Shown here piece by piece: positions 27,875 through 42,290 of a stretch of DNA of 64,000 nucleotides; position 1 is the first letter of the stretch; each line of letters starts with the position of its first letter. A program made the position numbers and the translations under genes. The stretch comes from Lama glama (taxonomy: Eukaryota), in NCBI GenBank assembly GCA_028534125.1, contig CM052816.1, positions 46,750,001-46,814,000 of the forward strand, in the 5' to 3' direction. A model generated the notes under the pieces. The model did no database searches. It saw nothing but the letters and a program-made list of their open reading frames with translations, and was not told the DNA's origin.

Positions 27875-28087
27875 CAGATCTGCACTAATTATTAATGTAG
27901 CCACTAGCTGCCTGTGACTATTTACATTTTAATTAATTGAAATTAAATAAAATTACAAGTTCAGTTCCTCAGACTCACCAGCCACATTTCAAGTGCTCAT
28001 AGCCACATGTGACTAGTGGCTCCCACATTGACCCAGATGGGTACAGAAATGTTCATCACGCCAGAAACCTTCTATTGGGCAGCCCTG
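27875..28087. mobile_element. MER3-like hAT-Charlie MITE
   Basis: gtagccactagc...agccacatttcaagtgctcatagccacatgtgactagtggct...ttctattgggcagccctg; about 210 bp. Confidence 0.7.
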
Positions 28088-30087
28088 ATGTGGGAGAGAA
28101 ACTGGCAAGCCTAGTGCTCTTGCTCCCTGAGGTGGCTAGCATGATGGCTGATGGACACAACCAGTGAAGGGCACATACAGTGGAGAGGATGCCCGTGGCC
28201 ATTTCATCTTTCAGTCCTGCCACAGGCACTGAGTGGTGCTGGAGTCTGTGCCAGGGCAGAGAGGACCAGTCAGGAAAGCTGAGTCACTCAGCCAGCATTT
28301 ACTCCCATACAGAGTATTTGTTAAAATAAACGTGATTCTGTGGAGTGAGGTACGGAAGCAGAAACAAGCCAGGTCAATTCTAAACTTTTCCACCAGGAAG
28401 GGAACGCACAGGTCCTTCTGATTTTTCCGAATTAGGTATGTGAGGAATTTTATCTTCATCCGGGCTTCATGACTCGGTTCTTCTTAAATGTGGTGGTTCT
28501 GAATTAATGTCTTGTGGGGAAGAAGAACGCTGCAGAGTAATTTTCCTAAAGATTGTTGTTGAAGCATTATCATGAGCTTTCACCTTTTAAATTTTACCTT
28601 TAGCAAATAGAACTTTAAAAGCCCCACAAATTTGGAGAGAAATTAAGTTCTAGTTATAACAATATCACACACTAGTTCTCTAACCTGGGGCAAGTTATTT
28701 AACATTCTTGGGCTTCAGATTCCTCCTCTGAGTTAGTACTGCTGGCCAGGACCCTGCCTTCCTCACAGGCTGTTGTGATGATCACAGGCTATAAGAGATG
28801 TCAGAGCCCCCCCACCCCCGTATACTGTTAAATCAGATAAGATGTTTTAATTTTCAACATCAAGGAGAAAGTTCAGATAATCAAAGCTGTTTTACCAAAG
28901 GAAAGAGAAGCAAATTCTTAACCTGAGAATAATTATATAGCATTTTATATTAACAAGTATACCATTTAATAAATAAGTATCACTTTCTTATATAAATAAC
29001 TAGTGTTTTATAAATGAAGAAGATCTAATAAAGGCTAGTGAACTTTTTTTCCCCACAAGCATTTATGAAATGTTCCCTATGTGCAAGGCATTGTGCTGAG
29101 TGTACAGGAAATGTGACAAGGATGATGACACATCCACTGCCCTCCAGGGCTGATACTCCATTGTGGACACAACATACACAGACTTCGTTCTCTCATTCAG
29201 CAGATATTGATGGACATGAAGACCATGTGTCAAACACTGAGCTGTTTATTGGTGATGCACCTGTGACCATCCTACCCAACAGTCTGAACCACAATAAGAC
29301 ATAGACTGAGTGGGATAACTGAGGCTAAAGAATGTAATTACAACTGTGAGCACCACAAAACATCCATCTCGTGGTGGATTATAGATAAAAGCATGGCTTT
29401 GAATAAATAGAATATGTGGATATGCTAAGCCAGTCTGCAAGTCATTTATTCCCATTTGAAGTAAAACTGAGACTATAAAGGTAATGATACAGATACGTAA
29501 ATGCATATATATACACACATTGATGTGTGTGTGTATGTGGCAGCCTTTGTTCCCCATTGGCATTGGATTTTTTAATATATAGTTTCTCTGTAAACATGTG
29601 GTTATAATTTTTAGAGAAATTCTATAGAAGACAAACGTTTGAAAAATGCAGTGAATATAATTACCTTTAAGTTTGATAAAAGGTTCTCTGGCATTGAGAA
29701 AGGACTTCAAGTTACATCCCACATCCTCCTTTTCACTTTACAGATGAGGTTTTCCCTCCTTCTTCTAAATTCTAGAACACCATACATCTGGCCCAAAGGC
29801 TGGAAAATTGTTACATGCCTGTGTAACATTCTTACAACCTAATCGTTCTACAAGTTTTCTCGCAGTTTAATCATTGGAGAATGTTCTTTGTTTTCGTAGT
29901 CGCTGTTTCACATAGTAACAGCTTGTTGTATTTTGGTCTGTTTGCCAGAGGGAAGGTTTATTTTTAAAACCCTGAACTCTGAATTTTTCTTTATTTTTCC
30001 AAGATTGAAAGCAGCTGAAATGCCTGGAGTTACAGGTTGAAGGCTGCTTTACAATATGTGAAGGGAAGCTTCTTTCCCTCCTCCCTT

Positions 30088-30111
30088 TGTGTGTGTGTGT
30101 GTGTGTGTGTG
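30088..30111 (+). repeat. (TG)12 microsatellite
   Basis: Direct reading. Confidence 0.95.
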
Positions 30112-30155
30112 TTTTAAAATTTTTTCCTAACAAATGTCTTCTAACTGGTAGTTGT

Positions 30156-30187
30156 CTAAAAATAGAAAACTGCCTAACTAAAAATAG
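30156..30187 (+). promoter_or_regulatory. Tandem perfect MEF2 sites (CTAAAAATAG x2), candidate intronic enhancer
   Basis: CTAAAAATAG at 30156-30165 and 30178-30187; E-boxes at 30012 and 30131, GATA at 30295 and RUNX at 30313 nearby. Confidence 0.65.
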
Positions 30188-32429
30188 CCTGGCTCTCAGT
30201 CGTGCCAAGGAAAATGGAGAGGGATAGGCGTGGAATAGAAGGCTGAGTAATCCAGCTCTCTTCATTCAGAGAAACCTTTGAGAATGCGGGCGATGATAAA
30301 GTGCCCTCCAGAAACCACAGGCCTGACTCTCTCTTCAGACTTCTAGGTGCCAATAAACATTTTAGCCCCAGGATACTTTTTTTTCTCTCGTAGGTTGTAA
30401 ACATTTTCTGAAAGACAAGGCTTTGTTTCACAGAACCTGACAAACTGCCATAACTAACCAACTTTCCTAAGGTCTCAAAAATTCATAATTATAACATCTT
30501 TTAAAAAGAATCTTAAATGAAAGTATTGTAAAATAATGTACATTGTATAATAATTAAGAGGAAACTGTTATAATAAGAACCACTTACTGCTTGCAATTAA
30601 ACTTGAAACTTTAAAGAGTTTTGCAAAAAGAATACTATTCCTGTGACTCGTAGCGAAAGAGAGCAGCTGACTTATTTTCACTTAGTTCCCTTAGATGTAA
30701 AATTTTCTTGTTAAGTATATATCCTCTTGATATACCAATATTTAGTCTCTGTCTTACAATTATAGTTTTCACCCAAGCAGATTTTCACTTGTAATTTTTT
30801 AAATGGCGTAGAAACGACGTTCCAAAAGAACATTTCGAGAGTAGGACAGCTTTCAGTTTAGAGGGATGGAACTCTGAGTAAGCCGTAAAAAAAAAAAATG
30901 CACAGGCCAGTTTTGCAATGGTAACTTTTTTTTTTTTCATTTTGTTTTGCTTAAGTAATCTGAATAACCAGGTCAAACATAGCAACAGGGTGTGGAAATG
31001 TCAGCACAGTTCATGGGGTTATACGGGTCTGAGCATTGTTATGTTCAGTTCCTGTAATGCTGCTGGTGATAAGACTCGAGACAAAGGACGGTAATTGATG
31101 GAAAGAGACTTAAATCATGGCTGGAAGAATCAAGGTCCTTGTATCCGTGTACATCGACTCTTCTGGTCTCCTTCCGTCTTGTGAAGCACTCTGTCGTCTT
31201 GCGTGGTGGCCCCCTACTGCTCTTTGTAATGGATGCAGACCACAAGTGATTCCTTCATGCTGCACACAGGGTGTAATTGTGTCTGGGTGGTGTATTAGTA
31301 ATTACGAAGCTGAATTCCCATATTGTATCTTTTCTGCAGGCATGGAAAAATAGGACATACAACCCTGCATAGCCATTTTCAACCTAGATAGTGAGCCACT
31401 TAGAGCTACATTCCAGGGACAAAGCCTTTTATATGCACACTTTTTGAACAAAATTTTCATTGTTGAGTCATTTGTGCTATGCAGGATTAAATTCCGTTTT
31501 GGAAGTAATTACCTTTGATAACATATTCATTCCTGACTTTACAGCACAATCTTTGTAATATGAAAAAATAAGTATTTTTAATTGCAAAAAACATTTTAAT
31601 ATTACTAGATATATAGTGATATGAGCTATAATAACTATGCCAGGCTATCATATGGAGAGAATAGTGCATGAATTAGTACATATAACAGATTGTGTAACAT
31701 TCATAAACATTAAATAATATAATTATTTTAGTAGCATTTTTGCCTTAAATACTGATGTTTTCATATGTAATTTATCCATCTTGGCTCGAGCATTGTTAAA
31801 CTTCAGAAAAAGCTGGCAATAAACTTTTGTTACAATAAGCAGATATAAATTAATAATTAATTTCTTTGCTATAAAATTTGCATCCGTTCTTTATATATTA
31901 TGTAGCCAATGTTGATTTGACTACCTCCTAATCATTGGGGGTTTGAAATGTCTACAGTGTTATCTATCTGTAATAGAAGCCAAAATAACAGGAGCCAGGT
32001 TGGTTTAAACAAGAGAAGACGTGTTTATTCCACGCATCAAATGATTATATTAACAGTTGAAAACCAGTAAATACAATAGCAAAGAAATTGGTATGGCCAA
32101 TTCATTAGTGACAACCAATGACATTAGATTTATTTTGTGAATTATCAAAGCATGGAAGGTTTTAATTCCATTTTTACCTCCAAATTTAAAAGTGGCCTTC
32201 CAATATGTATATTTTTGAAGTTTGCTTCCACTTTTATCTGTATATATTATTATTCTAGCAATAATTATTAAATTCCTTGGATGCACAGAACTGTATAGTG
32301 ATGCTAGGAGAATGATAAGTTTGGAAGACATGGTCTGTGACCTCACAACACTTTAGTCTAGCTAAGGTAGAAAATACACATGTGAATCAACTAGACAAAG
32401 CAACATACTGGGCGTTATGAGGTGTTGCG

Positions 32430-32740
32430 GGAGGCAGCATAGCTAGCGACGTGTTTGGGAGCATCAGTTCCCAAACTGGAGCTACCCTGCCTGAGTCCTT
32501 ATCCCTCTCCACCGCTGACTGGTTGCACATCCCTGGGGAAGTCCCTTAGGTGCTCTTCATCCTAATTCCCTCACTTGTAAATGGGGGTTAATAATCATAC
32601 CTAGTACATACCTAGTTATTACATATATTACATAATCATACCTAGTTATTACATAATCATACCTAGTTATTACAACAGTCAAATAATTGACTGTTTTTAA
32701 AATGTGTGCATCAGGGTCTGGTTCATAATAAGGTTTATGA
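32430..32740 (+). mobile_element. MIR SINE containing a 21-bp tandem duplication
   Basis: ctggggaagtcccttagg...ccctcacttgtaaatgggggttaataat, then repeated taatcatacctagttattaca. Confidence 0.65.
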
Positions 32741-33574
32741 TGATGATGAAACCTTGTAATCAGGTAATATCTGCTAGGAAGTAGAATATTTTAAAAATCA
32801 AGAAAGATGGCCATGGTAGGTGTCACTTCAGGCTTAGACAAGTTAAGTTCAGAAAGATGGTTATGAATTGTTGAGGCAGATGGGGACAAACCTTTCAGAA
32901 GAGCAATTTTGCAAAGATCTCCAAGAAGAAGTGAGCGAGGGCATGAAAAATATTAGTTTGATAAGAATAGAAGATTCACATACGAAGGAGCTGTAAGAAA
33001 GATGGCAAGGGAAAAGAGGAAAATTGTGTGGAGTTAGACGCAATACAGGAAGTATGAGAACAGTACTGCATGGTCTCAAGCAGTAGAATAGCATAATGAT
33101 AACCAGTTCTTGGGGAAGATTTTACTGGAAAATGTAACCGGATAGAAGCAATGTAGTTGTAAAATGTCAAAGTGCCAAAACATTTTAATTTTTGTAAGTA
33201 ATATGTGTATATGCTATACAGCCTAAAACCTTTCATTATACTTATATATTTTAAGCCACATAAGACAGTGTGGTGTGGGAGGAGGGGCAGACGCAAGTTC
33301 TAGAGAGTCCAACAAACCTGGTTTCTACCATTTTCATAAAATGCACATGCTCTTGGGCAAGTTTCTTCACTTCCATTGAAGTTTAGCTTCATAAGCAGTA
33401 AAACAGGGATACCGAAATCTCACTTTTGGTCTTTTTGTAAGAATTAACTTATATAATGTACATATACAGCCATTAGCACATGTTGGGTACATGATGCCCA
33501 TAAACATATTATTTTCTTTCCTGCTCTCCTTCCTCCTGCAGATGTAAGTTTAGGCAAAGTTTTTAACTTTTCAC

Positions 33575-33579
<5 letters not shown>

Positions 33580-33608
<29 letters not shown>
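33580..33608 (+). repeat. (CA)14 microsatellite
   Basis: Direct reading. Confidence 0.95.
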
Positions 33609-36600
33609 CATGAACATCAAAGGCTTCAGTGTATTTTGTGGTGAGATTCAAACAAAATGTCACATTTTGTCCATTGTTACATATAACCCATGTGTAACTA
33701 TTTCTTATATAATAAAGTTATAGAATCCTTCAGATATAAGAGCTTCATTATACAGATTTTAAAACTAGGAGAAAGGTAGAGAAAGGTAAAACTAGGAGTC
33801 ACAAGAAACTCTATTAAGTAAGGTCAAAACAGAATTTAAAAATATAACAAAAAACAGGTGGAACCCTGTCAGATAGAGGGGCTTGCCCAAGTTCTGTAGG
33901 TGAACTCTGATAGAGTTAGGATATAATTTATTCCCTGGTATTCTTTTGATCTACTGTGTATCCAGGGAGGAACACAGACAGTGAAAGAGAGAAGGGGGGA
34001 GGGGGCAGAGGGAAGAAGAGTGACGGAGAGCTTGATTGAGATTTTCAGGCAATGAAAATAATTAGCAAAGTGAAGACAAGGTGTCCCTACACTGCCAGTT
34101 TCTTTTCTGACTCAAAAACAAATAATTGATTTTATTAAAATACTAGCCAGCCAACAGTGTTTAGTATGGTGATATTGTTAACAGTGAAATACATCTCTTA
34201 CATTCCTTTTAGCTTGTATCTTTGCCCTGACTCCCTCAGTATGTTGATGGCAGTAACGATACGTGCTCTTGGAAGTGAGCCAAGCACACGCTAACGTATT
34301 ACACATTTGGCTTAGTTCCAAGTGAGCAGGTGTTTTAAATATTCCAGTCACATACCCACAGTGTACATCGCTGCTAGGGAAAGGATATCATTTCTAAACC
34401 ACCGATGTTTGTTTGACACTCTCTTCTGAACCACCCCTATTGTGCACTCTGAAGACCTCGCAAAGATGAATTGCAATTTGAGGAAGGACGACCATCAGAG
34501 TCCTAATTGTACTGACAGGAGGTTCAACAAATGTATAGTTCTGAACTCTGCATCTGATATTTGGCAACTGAGTGAGATCAGAGCACTTGCTGATCAGCGT
34601 TAAAAGAGATGGGGAAACATTTTAGTGCTTTCCATGATTGAGTTTCTACAAATAAGAGAGATTTTATTTATATTAGAGAAAAATGTAGTAAATTATATGA
34701 TAGCAAAGTATTTGTTATATTATGATTCAGGGAAGAAATCTGTTTTCCACTAGACACCACCATTCAGTTTGGAAACATCCTAAAGTAAAACAACTTAACT
34801 TTTGTGGGGTCTAAATTGTGAGAGAATTGTTTCCTTGTGGAGGAAAAAGATGAAAATAGTTGTACAGAAATACATCTACCTAGAAGTAATTCTGAAGATC
34901 CTTTCAAAATCCTTAGCTTCATGCTACACGTTCACACACAACACACACACACACAGAGATACATACACCTATACATGCAGTTAACACAAGCCGGGTAGTT
35001 TTTCCAGCAGACAAACTCAGATGCATAAGTTCTGTCTTCCTGTACACAAGTTCCTGTGTCCCATCAACAAAACTTTCATTGACTTCTATCTGTCCCTTTG
35101 GCTTCAGCTATGAAGTAATGCAAGAAGTTGGGGTTGGGAGAGTTTGACTTCTCCCAGCCACCTGCTTTGACTTCATAATACGTCATCTCGGTAGAGATTG
35201 GATTCCTCTGACCATTAGTCAATTGTGTACATTACCTCATGGAAACAGACTTTGAACCATGGTTTGCTTCCTCCTTTAATGGTGCTGTTTCCTCTCATCT
35301 GTTAAAAGTAGACTTGAAAAAGAAGTGGGATTCTGTTCAAAATGATGGTGATGGCTGTTTGAGGCATTTTAAAACGATTAGGTGGTTAATATGTGGTTAA
35401 TATTATTTATTCAACAGAAAATTGACTTTACGCCCATGTAAAAAGCCAAGTATCATAATTGTAAACTTCTTTTAAATGTTATACAACTTTGTTTAATTTC
35501 AATTTTCAAAGAGTCCAGTTTCCAATCTGAGAGACCTGTGTGTGTTGGCCCAGCTGGGGAAGCCTCCAGAGAAAACAGGGCCGCTAAGCCACTGCGGAAA
35601 CAGAGTCAGTCACTGTGGGTGGCACTTCTCTGCTGAGTCAGGTCCGTGCCAGCCCTTCCCCGGGCTTTTACTAACAGTGCGGATTTTCTGACAAGATGCA
35701 AAACCCAAGTCTTGTGGTTCTTGAAACTCTCCTGCAGCTTTCCCCTTTTCCTTAAGACTTTGGGAAATTTTCACTTAAGAAGATCTTGCTCTGTCTTCCT
35801 TGTAACTGCTGGAAAAATTGGGAACTTTTACAGTCATTCCTTTGACTCTTCCTCCTGCCTGGCCTATGGAGTAACAGAGTGTTATCAGTATCATCTTGAA
35901 AACAAAAGAAAGGGAAAAGCTGATGCACCCATGTTTTAAAAGAATTTTTATAATGCATACAAGATTTCTCCCTGATCTTGCAGCTTTGCCTGGAGAGAAA
36001 CAATAGTTTCTCCATAAAAGCAGACATTTCTTCTCTTTTCTCCAGCCTACCCTCTCAAACCCAGAAAAAAATACCTTCTCATAGTTACCAGCTTTGCCAT
36101 CCCTTATCTCCTCAAGCAAATTGGAGTGAAGTGCTGAGCAGCCAGATTGTGAATCTAAAGAATATAGGTGCCAAAAATATAAAGCAGCCTTTTTTTCTTA
36201 GCAACAGAGACTTAAAGTTCCTGCAAGTATTATTTTAATAATTGCAACAAACCTACACCTTGTTTTACCCAGGTAGATACAACCAAAATGTTATTGCAAA
36301 GGACTTCCTTCCTAGTCTCAAAAATGGAGAGGTGGAAAAAAATAAAGCAACCTTTGTTTTCTTAGGTTTTCAACAACCTCCCCTTCATTTTAACTAGGTA
36401 GCTACCTCCAAAATATTATTGGAGGGGCCTTCCCCTCTCTTCGGTGGATATTGCAATAAAACAATAGGGAAAACATTTTAGATCAGATCATACATCAGAA
36501 AATGAATTCGATGATAAATATATCCATTTATGGAGAAATAAGATTTGTCAAACATTTAACCAATTTCAGCTAAGAGTAAGTGTTCAAAGAAGACATAGGT

Positions 36601-36639
36601 GTGATTCAGGCCGCCTTTATGATGGGGCAAATTTGCAGA

Positions 36640-36865
36640 GACACGGTAGTGAGAGCTACGTGAGCTGGGTGACTTGGGTCTCCCACGGACTACCTTTGGG
36701 GACTTTAGCAAGTTCTTGAACCACTTGGCACTTCTTCTTCTTCATCGAGAGAATGACAGTCATTGTGGAGGAGAGGCTGTGAGGATTAAAAAAAGATCCA
36801 TGCCAAGCTACAGCCTCAGTCCCTGGCACACATTACATGCTCAATAAACGGTTGGTGTTACTGCT
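36640..36865 (+). mobile_element. MIR SINE
   Basis: gcaagttcttgaacc...gtgaggattaaa...cctggcacacattacatgctcaataaa. Confidence 0.65.
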
Positions 36866-39800
36866 GAGGAACAGATTCAATTAAGAGGAAAATTAATATT
36901 TTGATAGTGCGGGAAGACTGGTTTAATTTCCTCTTCATACCATAGAAGAGGAAATGTTGTTTTTATAATTACCTAATGAATAATATGGAAGAAATTATTG
37001 TGCAAATGAAAAATCTAAGTTCACCGCTAAACTAACAAAATCACTGAGAATTTGTAAGTTATGGAAATTGAAATACCAAACTTAAAAATTAAGTTGCACT
37101 ACCTTTCCAGGGGTAAAGCCGACAATATTAACGCCATCGTGGCTTCAAAAGCAGGCAGCTAACACCATAGGGGATGGAACCCAGGGCCACAGAGACTCTC
37201 CAGAGAAGGCCGCCTGGGGCCAGAGGACAGAGCAGTCCGTGGGGCTGGTGGCCGCCACTTGGCTTCACTGACTTAGACACCAGGTGCGGAGCCACTGCCA
37301 GAGGTGGGTATCAGGATGAGCAAGATTGCTGATGGCCCTGATTAAGCTTTATATTAGATCCTAAAGGGCTGAGCCTGCACACAGGGGGAGGCCAGGCTGC
37401 ATACGGAGGGATCACCTGATGTACTCATCTGAGAACTTTTTCCCTCTCTCTTTCACACTTTCAACTTCTCTCTCTCTCTGTCTGTCTCTCATTTTCATTC
37501 CCTCCCTCCCTCTTCTCTCAATATCTCTTTTCTATCTGTCATCTATTTATGCTCTCTTTCTCGCCCTCATTCTTGTCATTCCTTCTCTTAAACATTTTCT
37601 CTCCATACCTTTCTCAAATGCTCTCGCTTTCATAGCATCGTGTGAAATCCAGAATGACTGAAGACAAAACCTCAGAATGTTACTTATCTGTATAACATAT
37701 GATGTCATGGGAAATGTGATTTTATGAACTACAAGTCAGTCCAAGGTTCTGGGACCACAGTTTCAGACATATAGATAACATTCAAATAGCATAAGGAAAA
37801 AAATTGAAATGAGTTTGATTTTAATTATTAGGTCATTTCATTTGGAAACATAAATCTATAAAAATCTGAATTTGCCCATAAAATAATAAGGTAGCAGGCC
37901 TTGAATAGCACTTGATAAGAATAATGCTAGGCTTTCTAGAACATTTCTTATGAATTATATTTTATTTGTATATACTTAATCTAGAAGAAATAGTCTCAGT
38001 TTGCCATAATGGAATGTATATTAGGTACTTTCAGAATCTGCTTTGTAGATGCCCTGTGGCCTTTTTATTTCTAATCATTACCTCCAATTCATAATTGTCT
38101 ACACTAAGGAGAAAGGACCCTTCACATCAATACTATGAAATAGCAGGAACTGCCATGTGAGTCCAAGAGACAGCAACCCCCTGTGATAAATGAGCCAGGA
38201 AACTAGAGGGCACATCCCTGTGTAAAGTTGAGTAAAGGGTCCTAACTCTGAAATACTGCTGGCATTTTTGATATCTGTCCTTTATATACGCTGGTTATTT
38301 TTCTGGTACCACCTGGAAATAATTATATTGTTAGGAAAGAAAGAGAGGCTCTTTAATGAACTCAAAATGCACATTAACGTATGAAATTCTAGGTGCCAAG
38401 TGCTCTGCTTGGTCCGGGGTATACCCACATGAAAGGCACAGCCCTGCCCTCGAGGAGCCAGGCTTGTGTGGAGGCTGAGGCAGCACCCGGTGGGCCTGCG
38501 GAGGGAACACCACGATGGGGCTGCGGGTGGGCTAGTTAGATAAAGACAGTGACGAGAATGGTGTCAGTGTGCTGTGGAAACACAACAAAAGCCTTAAAAG
38601 GAGGCCTGAGACTGAGCGACTGCCTGAAGATTTTGAAACCCTTTTATTTCTAAGCACCTTTTATTTACCTGAACCTCCTTGATTACCAAGAAGTACAGTT
38701 TTAACAGACTTTCTTCCATTGGTCACCTACCCAAAGTAACTGAATGTAAAACCCACCACTTATTACCCACCTACATGTTAGGTGTGTGCTAATGACATGA
38801 CACGTGTAGAGGATAAATAGATTAGACTCTTTCTTTTCCCACGAGTGGTTTTCAGTGTGGTGAGAGAGCTAAGGTATAAACCCAGATAAACTTACTTGTA
38901 GAAAAGAAAGGAGGGGGCCTTGTAAGTGCACTGCTATGCATCGTGAAGATCTGGTCTGCGGACTTTCTGAATGCCTGATGTGAGTGTGGGTAGAGATTTG
39001 TTCCTGACTGCTTGACAACATCCTGTAAACCCAGCATCCAGTACAATGACCTCTACTTCTTTGGACAGCCCTTGGGACCTGTAAGGAGCCTTCCTTCCCC
39101 AGATCTTGACTTCCAGCCAGCCTTGCTGGCCTGTTGTTCACTTGGGAGTGCATCCTGATTTCCCATCCATGCACCAGGACTGACAGAGTCCCACCATGGT
39201 CTTCTACCTACTAGTTTGACTAGCCCAGTCCCTGACCAATGACCATCCCACCCATTATATTTTGGGCACTCTCTGTTAAGCATATAGTTCTCTAATATAT
39301 CAGCCAGTAAAATGAAAATATTAATACTGCATTAACCAAGCCCCAGGGGATTCTACATTGAAAGAGACAAGTAATAAAGACCAAGGTTGCTAGCCTTTGA
39401 CAGATCTCGCAAACATTACTAATGTTAAAAGGAGAGAGGGGGAAAAAGAGAGACAAGGTTTAGTATTAAAGGAAAGGGAAACCTTGGATCCCCACTAACT
39501 TTTGCTTAATCTTGCTGAGCCTCCTTATTATATGTTATCAGGCTCTCCTTGGAGGTACTCTCCTGTCTGACATCCTTCCAGAAGAGTTACCCAACTTCCT
39601 GTGACATTCTTCTGTCGGATACGGCCCTAGCTGCCAAGGGTAGAAAGCTCTCAAGAGACACTTCCTGTCTACGGGGATCTTATCACGTAGAAAATGAAAT
39701 AAAAACAAGAATACAGAGAGCAACACTGTAAAGTGAATGTTAATTATAAAGTTCTGGGGAAGCACAAAAGAAAGATATACCAATTCCATTAGCTCTCTGC

Positions 39801-41519
39801 TCCATGTGATTCTTTCCTTTTAGAATTTCAATTCATGTGTGGGGTCACGAGGTGGGTGATTGGTAGGGGTGAGAGCAGCCTACGCCCTGAGTCCACACCC
39901 AGCAACTGCTCCCTGTGTGTTTTCAGATCCCATTAGGATTCCGTCTTAAATAAGAACCTCTGATGCTGATTGTGATTCCATTATTCTTTTATTAACAACA
40001 ACAATACGTATTGAGTGTCATCCACATGCTGGTCACATTCAAGTTGCTGTGGGATACAGAGGTGAAAAGAAAAGTTTCTGCTCTCATGGAGGTTTGCTCT
40101 AACATACTGAGACTCTCTGCTCCCCCGGTAGCCGCCGTAGCTGTGACTCCCGATTTGATCTCACACAATCCCAGAATGCTCTGAGTCCTCGTTTTGACAC
40201 GTCAGAGCAATGTGGGTGTTGGGCAGCGTGGGCTCCCACTGTTGTCAGTACCAGTCTCCCAGAAGGCATGCCACAGATGCAGGCAAAACGCTCAGAATTC
40301 GTGCCTAGGCTGAGCACAGCCACAGGGTTTACTGACTGAGGAGATGGAGTAGAAGAGGCCCTTTCCCATCGTTGCTGTAGAATATCCAAAATCAAAGCTT
40401 TTCTATTGAGCAGGTTCGGTAGAAAATGGCTTATTGCCACTCACTGGTGAGCAGGCTTGTCTATTGGGAAGAGAGAGAAATCAACTAGAGAAAAGGCTTG
40501 AATGTCAGGTGTTATGGGGAAGAAAGTGAAGATAACATAAATAAAATCTGTGTTCACAGTTGGTTCTTGAAAATCTCTCTCCTGTCATTTAATAAATTGG
40601 AGAACAGGAAAGAAGTTGGTGAAGTATTTTCAGTGATAACCCAGACTGAAGTCTGTTCTTGGTGCATTATTGGTCCCATCACTTAAGACGTGGAAACTAC
40701 AGCATCGAGAATGAATGGCAGGCAGAGGAAGGTTCCTCCTAGGACCAAGGCCAGCCCAGGAAAGCATGGGCCGAAGCTAAGCCCTTTGGAGCTCTTTACC
40801 TCTCTTGAGCCTGGCAGAGGCGCAGGGGGAGAGAGATGTTAAGAAAGGAAGCTGCTTAACTTTCATCTGGGAGTGAGTGCCCAGCTGTCTCTGAAGTGAG
40901 GATTTGGCCATCTCAAGTACCACTCTCAGGTGCGATCAAAATTGTCATGACATGAGTCAATCAGTTGTCAACCTCAAATCTTTTTATTTTGTGTTGCCTT
41001 ACCGAATACTCTGTGTACACGCTGCTTTTCTGATCAGCTAGTATTAAACTGTAAATCCCAACTGATAAAAATTCTTCAAATTACATCAGAGGTAATGCCC
41101 TTGTTTCTGAGGGGAAACCTAGAAATAGAGAAGAAAATGCGCTGAGGCACCTCTTGCAATATTTTTGGTTCTCAATGTGTTTATGTCCTCCTGGTGGTAA
41201 CTTAGAGCACCAGTAGCCACAAAAAGTTCAGGAGCATGGAAAGGAACAGCCCGTGGTGCCCGGGACTCAGCAATTCTAAACACAATGAAACCCAACCCTT
41301 TGCACCCTGCACATAGTATTCTGTGTCACCTCTCTGTTCCCACAGGATACCCCATGCCACAGTCATGAAGTGATTATAGAGATTGCTTTAACCCAACAGA
41401 ACTCGTGCTCCTTGGATTTTGACTTACTGATCTTATTAAAACAAATACATAACACTGTCACCTGAGACCACCCAAATCATTTCAATTAGTCTGTCACATT
41501 AGAGAGTATGACTGTCAAG

Positions 41520-42290
41520 TTTGTTGGCTTATTCGCTCATCCAATGCACAGTTACTGAGAACATGTATTGAGCCCACATGTATTCATCAGACCCTCTGTT
41601 AGGAACCAGAAATACCCGACCCTCATCGAACTCACTGTCTTGTGGTAAAGCAGACATGTTAAGAGATAAATTACAGTATTAAACACCACATATTAAAAAC
41701 CGCAAGAAGTCCAGGGTTCTAGGGGTACAGAGTAGGGAGTCTCTAAGTGCCTGGGAGAGTTAGAAAGGGGCTTCACAGAGCAAGTGATGCCATAGGGGAT
41801 AGATGTCACAGGATGACTCTGGTTTGTGTAGCAGAGAGGAGTAAGCAAGGATATTCCAGACAGGAATGAATGACACATACCAAAACTGCATTATTAAAGG
41901 GCTTACCTGGCTTGGGAAATGGTGAAAAGTTTCCCCTGGCAAAACCTAGACTGCTAGTGGGGAAAACAGAAATTGGGGCTGAAGAGGCCGGCAGAGGGCT
42001 TGCTGAGAAAACTAGCAGAGCCGCCACGGTGCAGGAGGAGAGCAGTGGTATGGTTAGTTTTTCATTTTAATAAGACCTTGCCAAAAGAAGGAAGGATGAT
42101 TGACTGGAAGGTGGGAGGTGGGGGAGAGGGTCAGGGGAAAAACAGAGTAAGGATGGGGGACCAAGTAGAAAAAACAGTGATAAGTGAATAAGAGATGGTG
42201 GAATGAAGGGTGATTTCTGGGTCTGCAACTTGGACAACTTAGGTTGTGATATTTGCTAGGAAAGGAGAATTGGGAGGGAGGTGGATGAAG
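41520..42290 (-). mobile_element. LINE-2 fragments
   Basis: Degenerate L2 3'-end text (tattgagcccacatg...ctctgttagg...ctcactgtcttgtgg, ggcttcacagag). Confidence 0.5.

Noticed and set aside
32592..32674. CRISPR-like repeat array
   Set aside because: Head-to-tail duplication without unique spacers, in a mammalian intron.
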